DNA of 64,000 nucleotides from positions 6,800 through 70,799 of the forward strand of contig JACPDA010000004.1 of NCBI GenBank assembly GCA_016184225.1, given 5' to 3'. This stretch comes from Candidatus Daviesbacteria bacterium. GTDB taxonomy: Bacteria; Patescibacteriota; Microgenomatia; Daviesbacterales; UBA10151. Numbering within the stretch: the stretch's first letter is position 1; each line of letters starts with the position of its first letter. The notes under the pieces were generated by a model, which was not told where the DNA came from, ran no database searches, and was given only the letters and a program-made list of their open reading frames with translations. Both the position numbers and the translations under genes were made by a program. Of this stretch, positions 37,699-45,975 are shown piece by piece.

Positions 37699-37700
37699 AT
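37625..37700. repeat. direct repeat A (3' end of the membrane-protein gene)
   Basis: ttggaaagaacaggattt.t.a.gtttgaggtcgaacaaagaccggt.aa.aaact.gt.gtttagat recurs at 38253-38328. The two copies flank the DUF4258/zinc-finger TA pair. Confidence 0.8.
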
Positions 37701-37703
37701 CAA

Positions 37704-37940
37704 CTATTGCCAGTTGAAGACAGGAACTTCAAGAATCTGTCTGGGTTTTTGATCTTTAGAAGTCTTTTTAACTAAATTATCAAGCCTCTTTGAAACTTCA
37801 GCTGAATAATATCTCTCACCACATTGAGTACATACTTCAACCGGCACATTTTTGACAACATATAACTTATCGCCCCACCTAAAGTCGACATCGATATTTT
37901 TTATTCTGGTAGCTCCTTTACAAAAATAGCATTTATTCAC
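37704..37940 (-). CDS. YgiT/MqsA-type zinc-finger antitoxin-like protein
   Basis: CYFC...CTQCGE zinc ribbon (TIGR03831-like), about 78 aa. It overlaps the upstream DUF4258-like gene. Confidence 0.65.
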   Translation of the reverse strand: MNKCYFCKGATRIKNIDVDFRWGDKLYVVKNVPVEVCTQCGERYYSAEVSKRLDNLVKKTSKDQKPRQILEVPVFNWQ

Positions 37941-38241
37941 GATTTTTTAACTCCTTTGCTCTTGTTTTCCAATTGACCCAAGCTGGCAGTTTTGGTCTGT
38001 AAACTGTCACAACCAGCAATCTCTCCCCTCTAAATCCACAAACAACATGCAATGTTTTACTTACTACTAAACAGCTTGAACCTCTTGGATCTTTTGGATA
38101 CTTTTCTATTATACTACCTTTTAAAATAGTTTTCTCTATTTCCTCAATAATAATTTGTTCATCCTGGCGCTCAGAATGAGCATGAGCTGAAAGATCATAT
38201 TCCTGTGATCTAATTTTCCGCCTGATGAGTTTAATATCCAT
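37933..38241 (-). CDS. DUF4258-like toxin component (tentative)
   Basis: About 100 aa, with its stop overlapping the zinc-finger partner's start. The pairing of these two families is a known TA architecture. Confidence 0.55.
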   Translation of the reverse strand: MDIKLIRRKIRSQEYDLSAHAHSERQDEQIIIEEIEKTILKGSIIEKYPKDPRGSSCLVVSKTLHVVCGFRGERLLVVTVYRPKLPAWVNWKTRAKELKNRE

Positions 38242-38252
38242 CTACATCTAGT

Positions 38253-38328
38253 TTAGCATTATTGGAAAGAACAGGATTTATTAGGTTTGAGGTCGAACAA
38301 AGACCGGTTAAGAAACTGGTGGTTTAGA
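38253..38328. repeat. direct repeat B (duplicate of the 37625-37700 segment)
   Basis: See repeat A. Confidence 0.8.
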
Positions 38329-39078
38329 TTCAACAGCTAAACCAACTAAACTCTGTAGGTCGATTCTACGAGAAAACGATCCTGCAGTAAACTCATAATA
38401 TTGTTTGAAAAAAAATGCTACATGCTCACCTCTGACTAAAAAAGATAAAGGATACCATCCTTGTTCGTCCAGGTTCAATTGAACAAATGCAGCTTTTGTT
38501 TCGGGAGAAGAATCAGACTCAACCATAATCATTTCATAACGAGGCCTTTCTCGACAGGTATAGGCACGAACAAGACTTGATCCTTTAGCTTCAACTATCC
38601 TCCTTACTGCATCCATCGTCTTAGGTGATGTTTGATCTGGTTCTACAAACAAACTTATCCCGAAATCTTCCTTTTTCTTGCCTTCTATGATTTTCAAAAC
38701 CGGCTTTGTGGCCATAATCTGAACCATTGTGTCGCCCACAACTAAAACACTCTGTTGCGCTTGTTCCAGTAATTCGCCAATCTTCTGTGGGTGTCGAGGA
38801 GGGGCACAAAACTCCATATCCGGATTTAAACCTAGTTGAAGAAGCCCAACGCTAAGTGCCTTCAGTGTTATCTTGCTTCTATGCGCCTCCTCGCGTAGTA
38901 GTTTATGTATAGAAGATGGAACACCAATCGTCATTACTACGGGTATATCCCACCCTCCTGTTTGTGTTTCTGTCATTGGCCGTAAATATATCACAAAGGA
39001 AGTTAAATGTGAAGCGGCTTCATTTCTCCCCAGTTGGCTAAGTATCAAATTGGTACTACCCAAAAAGCAACACCACAA
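38308..39078 (-). CDS. hypothetical protein with an N-terminal ribbon-helix-helix-like segment fused to an unknown 190-aa domain
   Basis: MTIGVPSSIHKLLREEAHRSKITLKALSVGLLQLG looks like an RHH DNA-binding motif. The remainder is unrecognised. Confidence 0.45.
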   Translation of the reverse strand: MWCCFLGSTNLILSQLGRNEAASHLTSFVIYLRPMTETQTGGWDIPVVMTIGVPSSIHKLLREEAHRSKITLKALSVGLLQLGLNPDMEFCAPPRHPQKIGELLEQAQQSVLVVGDTMVQIMATKPVLKIIEGKKKEDFGISLFVEPDQTSPKTMDAVRRIVEAKGSSLVRAYTCRERPRYEMIMVESDSSPETKAAFVQLNLDEQGWYPLSFLVRGEHVAFFFKQYYEFTAGSFSRRIDLQSLVGLAVESKPPVS

Positions 39079-39641
39079 AACTTATTGGGCTTATTATAAC
39101 TCCAGTCAGAGACGCTCGGACCCTTACCAGCAACAAAACGACCGACCGTGGCAAAACGGGTACGTGGGTTATTTGTTGGAGTGCATGTTATTATAGTAGG
39201 AAGCTCACCATCAGACTGATCCTTATAATCTTCACCAAGCAAGCGGATTTTTTCTTGATCAAAATACCAAAACAGCACCCCTGTAGCTTCTGAGGCCTGA
39301 GGCCTCCGAATAGTTACCCCCTCCAAACCCGGTCTCCTTCTTAGTTTTTCTGCTTCCTGTTCAATCAATATATCCTGTTCATCTCTAGTTTTATTAAAAG
39401 AATTAGGAATAAAAAATTTGTTTGAAGCAGGGTAAAAGGCCACCTCAACCAGTCTTGACCTAAAGCCACCCAATATACATCCTGCATTAGCTGTATACTC
39501 GACACGTTTCCCTGCCTCCATCTGGTCTTTTATCGTCTGCCCTTCGGGAAGATGTGTTACAGCCCCAGCATTCCTTAAAATATCCCTCTGCCGATCGTTG
39601 AAGGTTTTTACTAAAGCTAAATCGGATCCTACCTCAATCAT
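39045..39641 (-). CDS. hypothetical protein; upstream partner of the RHH-fusion gene (overlapping by 34 nt)
   Basis: ORF with plausible coding composition and FR...S...EQE spacing reminiscent of small ADP-ribosyltransferase toxins, but this is unproven. Confidence 0.45.
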   Translation of the reverse strand: MIEVGSDLALVKTFNDRQRDILRNAGAVTHLPEGQTIKDQMEAGKRVEYTANAGCILGGFRSRLVEVAFYPASNKFFIPNSFNKTRDEQDILIEQEAEKLRRRPGLEGVTIRRPQASEATGVLFWYFDQEKIRLLGEDYKDQSDGELPTIITCTPTNNPRTRFATVGRFVAGKGPSVSDWSYNKPNKFCGVAFWVVPI

Positions 39642-39675
39642 ATTGCTGGCATTTTATCATCCTATAGGCCATATG

Positions 39676-41889
39676 TCAAGGATTTAATAGTTTCATTTCT
39701 CCCCAGTTCTTACCAACTTTGAGGTCAACTATGACAGGCACTGAAAGTTTGAGAGCATTTTCCATTTTTTCTTTCACCATTTTCCCCACTTCGCGAACGC
39801 TTCGCGGGGTGCATTCAAACAAAAGCTCATCATGAACCTGGAGAATAAGTGAACAGTGCTGAGTGCTAAGTGCTAAGTCCTTTTTCCCACTTTGCACTTT
39901 TCCCTTTGCACTTAACACTTTCCCAATCTCCACCATGGCCTTTTTAATCATATCAGCCGCCGTGCCTTGGACCGGATGGTTGACTGCAGCTCGCTCCCCG
40001 GCTGCCCTGATCATCCGATTCCCCACTTTTAACTCCGGAATATACCTTTTCCTGCCCCAAATGGTCTCCACAAAACCGTTCTCATAGCCAAATGCCAAAG
40101 TATCTTCCGTCCATTTCCTGACTTTGGGAAATTCGGCAAAATACTCATCAATATACTGGCGGGCCAACTCATATGGCACTTCCAGTTGGCGGGAGAGCGC
40201 ATGCGGCCCCTGGCCATAAAGGGTGGCAAAATTCATGGTTTTACCCACCATCCGCTGCTCTCTTGTCACCTTTTCCAAAGAGACATTAAAGATTTTTGAA
40301 GCAGTTAAGGCATGAATATCTACTCCTTCCTTAAAAGCTTTTTTCAAACCCGGGTCATCTGCCAAATGGGCCATAATCCGCAGTTCAATCTGTGAGTAAT
40401 CAGCTGTTAGCAACACCTTACCTTTGGGGGCCACAAATGCTTTCCGAATTTCTCCTCCGGCCTCGCCTTTAATGGGAATATTTTGTAAATTAGGGTCTTT
40501 GGAAGAAAGCCTGCCGGTAGCAGCCCCTTCTACATTAAAAGTGGAATGGATCCTACCGGTGCTATCTACAAATTTAGGCAGGGCATCAATATAGGTGGAA
40601 ACCAGCTTAAATAATTGCCGGTATTCCAGCATCAGTGGCACTGCCGGATGGGTTAGCGCTAACTCACGCAGGGTGGCTTCATCAGTGGAACGGCCGGTTT
40701 TGGTTTTTCTCACCACCGGCAGCTTTAGCTCATCAAACAGCACTTCTGACAACTGCTTTGGGCTGTTCAGATTGAACTGATGTCCTACTTTTGAGTAAAT
40801 CTCCTTTTCAATCTTGGCTAATCTGGCTTTTAGCTGTTTGCCAAACCTGCTTAAAAACTTCAGGTCAATTAATACCCCGGCCTCTGACATTCTTTTAAGA
40901 ACAGGCTCTACCTGATGATCCAAATCTGCTGTTTGCTGGTTTTGTGTCATTCTGGCTTGTCCAGAATCCTCTTCTTTAGATTCTGGAGTCCTCACTGCGT
41001 TCGTCCCCAGAATGACATTTTGGGAACCGGAAACCCTGGCTATCAAACTTTTGAATTCGAGTTCTTCAAACAACTTAACCACTTTTTCTTTATCAAAATC
41101 GTGCACTATACATTCTTTCAAATTAAGCTTAATTGGTGCTTTTAAATCCAAAGTAGCCAGTCTTTTGCTCATCACGGCAGATTCTGCCCCCTCGGAAAGC
41201 AGTGTTTGCATCCTCTCCGGCAAGGTTTTCAGATTTTCAGATTTGTAAATATTTTCAACTGAACCAAACTGGTGAATCAATTTAGTGGCTGTGACATCAC
41301 CAATTCCCGGCACCCCGGGAATATTATCCGAGGCATCCCCGGAGAGCCCTTTATAATCAGTTAATTGTTTTGGGAAAAAGCCATATTTGGCCACAAACTC
41401 CTCCAGTCCATATAATCCTACATCTGCCAGGGTTTTTTTGGGCATAAACACCTTAACTTTCTTATCAATCAGCTGCATGATATCCCGATCCCCGGTCACA
41501 ATAATAGTTTCCAAATCCGTTTCTTTCTCTGTTTGCTTTGCCAAGGTTCCGATTAAATCATCTGCCTCATAACCTGCCAGCTTAAACTCCGGAATATTAA
41601 AAGCTTTAGTTATCTCATGCACCCTTTTGTATTGACCGGATAAACCCTCATCAGTGGCAGTCCGGGTGGCTTTATACTGGGTATAAGCTTGATGCCGGAA
41701 AGTCGGACCCTTTTCATCCCAGGCAATAGCCAAATACCGCGGGTGCAGCTCCGAAATCACCCTTAAAACCATGGAGGAAAAGCCGTATACGGCATTGACC
41801 AACTCACCCGAGGAGGTAGTAAAAGGCGGTGTGGCATGATAGGCTCGGTGCAACAGGGCATTCCCATCCACTAATACTAAACGTTTCAT
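39676..41889 (-). CDS. polA: DNA polymerase I (5'-3' exonuclease plus polymerase domains; short, 737 aa)
   Basis: 5' nuclease motifs at the N-terminus and polymerase motifs A, B and C at the C-terminus. A MITE-like element and a heptamer-repeat block are inserted in frame in the inter-domain region. Confidence 0.9.
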   Translation of the reverse strand: MKRLVLVDGNALLHRAYHATPPFTTSSGELVNAVYGFSSMVLRVISELHPRYLAIAWDEKGPTFRHQAYTQYKATRTATDEGLSGQYKRVHEITKAFNIPEFKLAGYEADDLIGTLAKQTEKETDLETIIVTGDRDIMQLIDKKVKVFMPKKTLADVGLYGLEEFVAKYGFFPKQLTDYKGLSGDASDNIPGVPGIGDVTATKLIHQFGSVENIYKSENLKTLPERMQTLLSEGAESAVMSKRLATLDLKAPIKLNLKECIVHDFDKEKVVKLFEELEFKSLIARVSGSQNVILGTNAVRTPESKEEDSGQARMTQNQQTADLDHQVEPVLKRMSEAGVLIDLKFLSRFGKQLKARLAKIEKEIYSKVGHQFNLNSPKQLSEVLFDELKLPVVRKTKTGRSTDEATLRELALTHPAVPLMLEYRQLFKLVSTYIDALPKFVDSTGRIHSTFNVEGAATGRLSSKDPNLQNIPIKGEAGGEIRKAFVAPKGKVLLTADYSQIELRIMAHLADDPGLKKAFKEGVDIHALTASKIFNVSLEKVTREQRMVGKTMNFATLYGQGPHALSRQLEVPYELARQYIDEYFAEFPKVRKWTEDTLAFGYENGFVETIWGRKRYIPELKVGNRMIRAAGERAAVNHPVQGTAADMIKKAMVEIGKVLSAKGKVQSGKKDLALSTQHCSLILQVHDELLFECTPRSVREVGKMVKEKMENALKLSVPVIVDLKVGKNWGEMKLLNP
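40945..41017. repeat. MITE-like element, in frame in the polA linker
   Basis: TGTCATTCTGGCTTGTCCAGAATC...CCCCAGAATGACA encodes ...TPESKEEDSGQARMTQNQQ... Confidence 0.75.
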
Positions 41890-41966
41890 GCGTAGATTGT
41901 AGCATTATCCAATCTTTGTGTCACTTGAAGTCTTGACACCCATTATCAAACTGTTATAATTATAAT

Positions 41967-42221
41967 ATGAATACTATACTTCAGGTCCCTATTAGTAAAC
42001 AGTTGCGTGACCAGGCTGCATCTTCCGCCCACAAAATGGGTTTTTCTTCCCTGCAGGAAACAGTCAGGGTTTTTCTGAGGCAGTTGGCAGAAGAAGAAAT
42101 CAAGGTTCGCTTCGAAGAAACAGTCAAACTCTCTCCTAAGGCAATCAAGCGTTATAACAAGATGATTGATGAAATAGAACAAGGCAAGGTTAAAATGAAG
42201 TCGTTTTCTGATGTTAAATGA
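41967..42221 (+). CDS. small RHH/antitoxin-like protein without an obvious partner
   Basis: The VPISKQLRDQAASSAHKMGFSSLQETVRVFLRQ pattern resembles RelB/DinJ-type antitoxins. Confidence 0.35.
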   Translation: MNTILQVPISKQLRDQAASSAHKMGFSSLQETVRVFLRQLAEEEIKVRFEETVKLSPKAIKRYNKMIDEIEQGKVKMKSFSDVK

Positions 42222-42373
42222 AGTTATCTTTTTTGATATCGGATCCCACAATCAAGTATATTAAACAGTCAGATAATTACATATAATTACATACATTTAG
42301 ACGATCGTATCAATGTGCGTTCAAACCAATTTGGTGTGCGATCGCATCATGAATTGGTACGATGGATTGTAGC

Positions 42374-43372
42374 TTACTTAAACAAACCCCTGGCAAACTC
42401 TAAATACTCCGGATGACCATTTGCTGCCATAAAGTACCACCACTCTACTCCCCAAAGATAGGCTTTATCAAAGCCGGTTTTTTGAGCAAAAGTTGTGTAA
42501 TTTTTTAAGTCTTGAGTTGTAAAAACCTTGGCTTGCTCCTTAGCTGATATAAAATTACCATCTGCCAACCAAGGTTCAGCCTGAAGTTCCGCAATAACAG
42601 TCTTCTGGTTGTTTTTGGCGAAAAAGTACCGCACTAAATTTGACTTAATACCATAAAAGAACGGCGGGACAGGATAAGTCACATACCCCAACCACTTGTC
42701 ATAAACCTGCCTATAGACAGTGGTACCAAATATATCTGACATTTGCATGGAAGTAACCCATAAACCCAATTCTCCTGAATCTGTCATAATAACAGGCTTA
42801 TTACTAATACTCCTGACCAATTCAACCTCTCTCTTGAGAAATTGCTTATCAAGAAGATTGCAGTCCTCGCCAAAGCCTTTTAACAATGGTTCATTCTCCA
42901 CCTGCCAAGCCCAAACCGCCCCCTCATCCTTGTACCTTTCTATCACCTTCTCTACCAACTTCAATGCTGTTTTTTGTCTCTGCTCGACCGGCAAACCCTT
43001 GGCCCAAGCCGGGATATGGCATTCCGGCCAGCGGGGCTGCCTGACCCCTACCACTAAAATTACCTTGGCGCTCCTCTTGCCTGCTTCAGCGAGCAGATAA
43101 TCCGTCTGTGTAAAATCATATTGCCCCCTTTCAGATTCCACGATATCCCAATAACTGAGAAGTCTTAAGTTTCTAACTTGCAAATTATCCAGTATTTGGG
43201 TATAAACTTCCTGCCAGTCTAGTTTCAAATACCTGGCATATTTGGGAGAAAAAGTCACTCCATATTTAACCGGATAAGTAGCGCTCTGGGGGAAAATCAG
43301 ACTGACAAAAACCACCAGAACTGCCGCTATACCAAATAAGATGATGACAGTTTTTCTGGACAGTTTCTTCAT
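42374..43372 (-). CDS. membrane-anchored TIM-barrel glycoside hydrolase-like protein (GH5-like NEP motif)
   Basis: N-terminal TM helix and a WQVENEPL catalytic-acid motif. Confidence 0.55.
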   Translation of the reverse strand: MKKLSRKTVIILFGIAAVLVVFVSLIFPQSATYPVKYGVTFSPKYARYLKLDWQEVYTQILDNLQVRNLRLLSYWDIVESERGQYDFTQTDYLLAEAGKRSAKVILVVGVRQPRWPECHIPAWAKGLPVEQRQKTALKLVEKVIERYKDEGAVWAWQVENEPLLKGFGEDCNLLDKQFLKREVELVRSISNKPVIMTDSGELGLWVTSMQMSDIFGTTVYRQVYDKWLGYVTYPVPPFFYGIKSNLVRYFFAKNNQKTVIAELQAEPWLADGNFISAKEQAKVFTTQDLKNYTTFAQKTGFDKAYLWGVEWWYFMAANGHPEYLEFARGLFK

Positions 43373-43375
43373 ATT

Positions 43376-44149
43376 TTAAGGGCGTTTCCTGGGCTGGTCT
43401 GCTGCCGTAAAATGACCAAATTCATACTTAAGTGGGATATCCTTATAGCCTTTTCGCACGATACGGAAAAACGACCAGATACTTTTTAGAGTAAGCTTAA
43501 TTCGACCTTCTTTCTCAAACCGTCTGGGTGAGGTATGAATTTTAGGGTCGCTGATTATTGAAAATTTACCTCCTGCTTTGACCAGACGATAAACTATCTC
43601 AAAATCCTCCCCCACGGTAATATTCTCATCAAAACCCCCTATCCTCTCAAAGGTTTGTCTTTTGATGTACATGTTGATACCGGTGGCCAGTGGCCAAATC
43701 GGCTTAAGGATTTTAAAAAGTAAATCCATGGCAGTAAAAAATACTTTATCCTTCCAGTAATTGGTGGTCGGATTATTGGTTACTACTGCCAAGTCCGGAT
43801 TTGTCTTTTTGATTTGTTCAAAGTACCGTTTTAAGACATTTGCTCCCCGCAGCTCTGTATCCGCATCCAAAAATAGTAGGTGCCGGGCGCTGGTGTGTTG
43901 GGCACCGAAGTTTCGCTGGCGGGAAACAGTAAATTTCGGGATTTGAAAAAGCTTAAGTTGGGGCAGCAGACTTTGTCTTAACTTAACTTGCTCTACTGTT
44001 TGATCCTGTGAGTAAACATCAACTACTACTATTTCCTTGGGCCAAACAGCTTGTTTGATAATCGAATCCAACAAATACCCCACAAAATGCTCTTCATTTA
44101 AAGTCGGGATCACAATCGCTAAATCAATTCTCTCTTGGTGCTTATGCAT
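43376..44149 (-). CDS. glycosyltransferase family 2
   Basis: IVIPTLNEE and a DAD (DxD) motif. Confidence 0.8.
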   Translation of the reverse strand: MHKHQERIDLAIVIPTLNEEHFVGYLLDSIIKQAVWPKEIVVVDVYSQDQTVEQVKLRQSLLPQLKLFQIPKFTVSRQRNFGAQHTSARHLLFLDADTELRGANVLKRYFEQIKKTNPDLAVVTNNPTTNYWKDKVFFTAMDLLFKILKPIWPLATGINMYIKRQTFERIGGFDENITVGEDFEIVYRLVKAGGKFSIISDPKIHTSPRRFEKEGRIKLTLKSIWSFFRIVRKGYKDIPLKYEFGHFTAADQPRKRP

Positions 44150-44180
44150 AAATCCATTTTATCAGATATAATCACTTAAT

Positions 44181-45344
44181 ATGAAAATTGCATACTTCAC
44201 AGATACCTTCCTACCCCAGCTAAATGGGGTGGCAACAGCTTTGGCAAACCAAGCCTCTGAACTAGGAGCAAGAGGTCATAGCATTTTAATTTTTACTCCT
44301 AAAGTAGACCATATCAAGAGAAAAAAATTTAAAGCTGAAAATGTCCAACTAGTGTACTTACCTGCAGTTTCCGCCCTACTTTACCCTGAATTCAAACTAG
44401 GAATATTTGGCCTACCTAAAGTTATTAAGCATCTAGTCAGGTTTAAACCAGATATTATCCATCTTCATTCCCCTTTAACAGTAGGGGCAGATGCAATCAT
44501 GGCAGCAAAAATTTTCAATAAACCTTTGGTAGGGACCATTCACGTATATATTCCTGAGTCGGCATATCTTAGATGGTTAAAATATGGGCTAGCAGTAAAG
44601 ATTGTAGATAGCGTGGTAGAACGTTATATGAACTTTATGTTCGCCCAATGCGACCTTGTATTGGCTCCTTCAAAGATGTTAATTGAAGAATTGGGTAAAA
44701 ACGGCTTTAAAAAACCAATTTCCTATTTACCAAACGGTGTTAGTTTAACAAAACTTGAGCCTTTATCAGATAAAACCACCAATGCTTTAAAGAAAAAATA
44801 CGGCCTTAAAGAAAAAGTGGTGCTGCATTTTGGCAGATTGTCACACGAAAAGAATGTTGACATACTGATTAAGTCTTTTTATCTCCTTGCTAAAAAACAT
44901 TCAAATGTCAGCTTACTGATTATCGGTGACGGGCCAGCCAAAAAAAAGCTCATCCAATTGACCAAAAAATTAAGGATAGAAAAAGCCGTGGTCTTCACCG
45001 GATTCATGGAACATCAGACCCTTATTTCTTCCGGCATCTTAAGTTTAGGTGATATTTTTGCAACAGCCAGCACTATGGAAAATAATCCAATGGTCGTACT
45101 CGAGGCCATGATGTTTGGCTTACCTATTGTTGGGGTAAAACAGGCAGGCCTGATAGAGCTAATCTCCTCTAACGGTTTCCTGGTTAAACCCGGAGATATC
45201 AAAGAAATGGCGGAAAAGATGGAAAAGATATTATTCGATGAAAAATTATCTAGCCGGATGAAAGAAAAATCGCTACAGCTTATAAAACCATATTCCGTTG
45301 ATAAAGCTGTTGATAAACTTTTAGGATTATATCGCACCCTCTAA
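44181..45344 (+). CDS. glycosyltransferase family 4
   Basis: GT4 C-terminal motif ENNPMVVLEAMMFGLPIV. Confidence 0.85.
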   Translation: MKIAYFTDTFLPQLNGVATALANQASELGARGHSILIFTPKVDHIKRKKFKAENVQLVYLPAVSALLYPEFKLGIFGLPKVIKHLVRFKPDIIHLHSPLTVGADAIMAAKIFNKPLVGTIHVYIPESAYLRWLKYGLAVKIVDSVVERYMNFMFAQCDLVLAPSKMLIEELGKNGFKKPISYLPNGVSLTKLEPLSDKTTNALKKKYGLKEKVVLHFGRLSHEKNVDILIKSFYLLAKKHSNVSLLIIGDGPAKKKLIQLTKKLRIEKAVVFTGFMEHQTLISSGILSLGDIFATASTMENNPMVVLEAMMFGLPIVGVKQAGLIELISSNGFLVKPGDIKEMAEKMEKILFDEKLSSRMKEKSLQLIKPYSVDKAVDKLLGLYRTL

Positions 45345-45971
45345 GCATGTCTTGGCCCGATCGGCCAGTACTTTCCTTTCCACCTCATTTAAAGCCGAAG
45401 AGCTGGCCTCCTTGGACAAAAAACTACACCCGGAGAGTTTCGAATTAATAACCTGTTCTGATAAGGCCGGTTGAGGCTCTGGGAGTAAACTAAATCTATC
45501 AATCAGCTCCTGTTCCCATTCTGACAACCTATAAATAGCAGCCCTGAGGGACCTTTTTGCTTTTGGATCTGACGCTTCCTCAAATGCTCCTAACAAATCA
45601 TTCATCTGCAGTACTACTGCCCGGCTGACTCGCCCTGCCATATCCTTATTATTTAAGTCTAAAATACCCCTTAACTGTCCTAAGGAAGACCAATATTTTT
45701 CCAGCGTGGGTTGTATCAGATATTCCTCCGGGGTTTTAACCAGGCTGTTAACTTCCCTAATTCTCCGATTGGCGAATTCTAACTTATATAAGGCCTTAAC
45801 ATGTGTGCTTCCGGCAAATTTGATCTCCAAAATTTCCCGGATTGATTTCAAAAAATACAAAGGTGAAGCCGCGTTAATCCGAGCCAGACCAATATCAGGA
45901 GATTGGGCATAAGCCGGAGCAATGTAAAATGTCAAAAGCCACAGAATTAACCCAATTGTAAATTTCTTCAC
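45327..45971 (-). CDS. secreted hypothetical protein (signal peptide)
   Basis: N-terminal signal sequence MKKFTIGLILWLLTFYIAPAYA. Confidence 0.5.
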   Translation of the reverse strand: MKKFTIGLILWLLTFYIAPAYAQSPDIGLARINAASPLYFLKSIREILEIKFAGSTHVKALYKLEFANRRIREVNSLVKTPEEYLIQPTLEKYWSSLGQLRGILDLNNKDMAGRVSRAVVLQMNDLLGAFEEASDPKAKRSLRAAIYRLSEWEQELIDRFSLLPEPQPALSEQVINSKLSGCSFLSKEASSSALNEVERKVLADRAKTCLEGAI

Positions 45972-45975
45972 TTCC

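Noticed and set aside
38308-39641. Foreign origin of the two-gene module inferred from GC content
   Set aside because: Spot counts of about 42 percent GC in this block are within the range seen in flanking genes, which run from about 30 to 50 percent. Composition alone does not support horizontal transfer.
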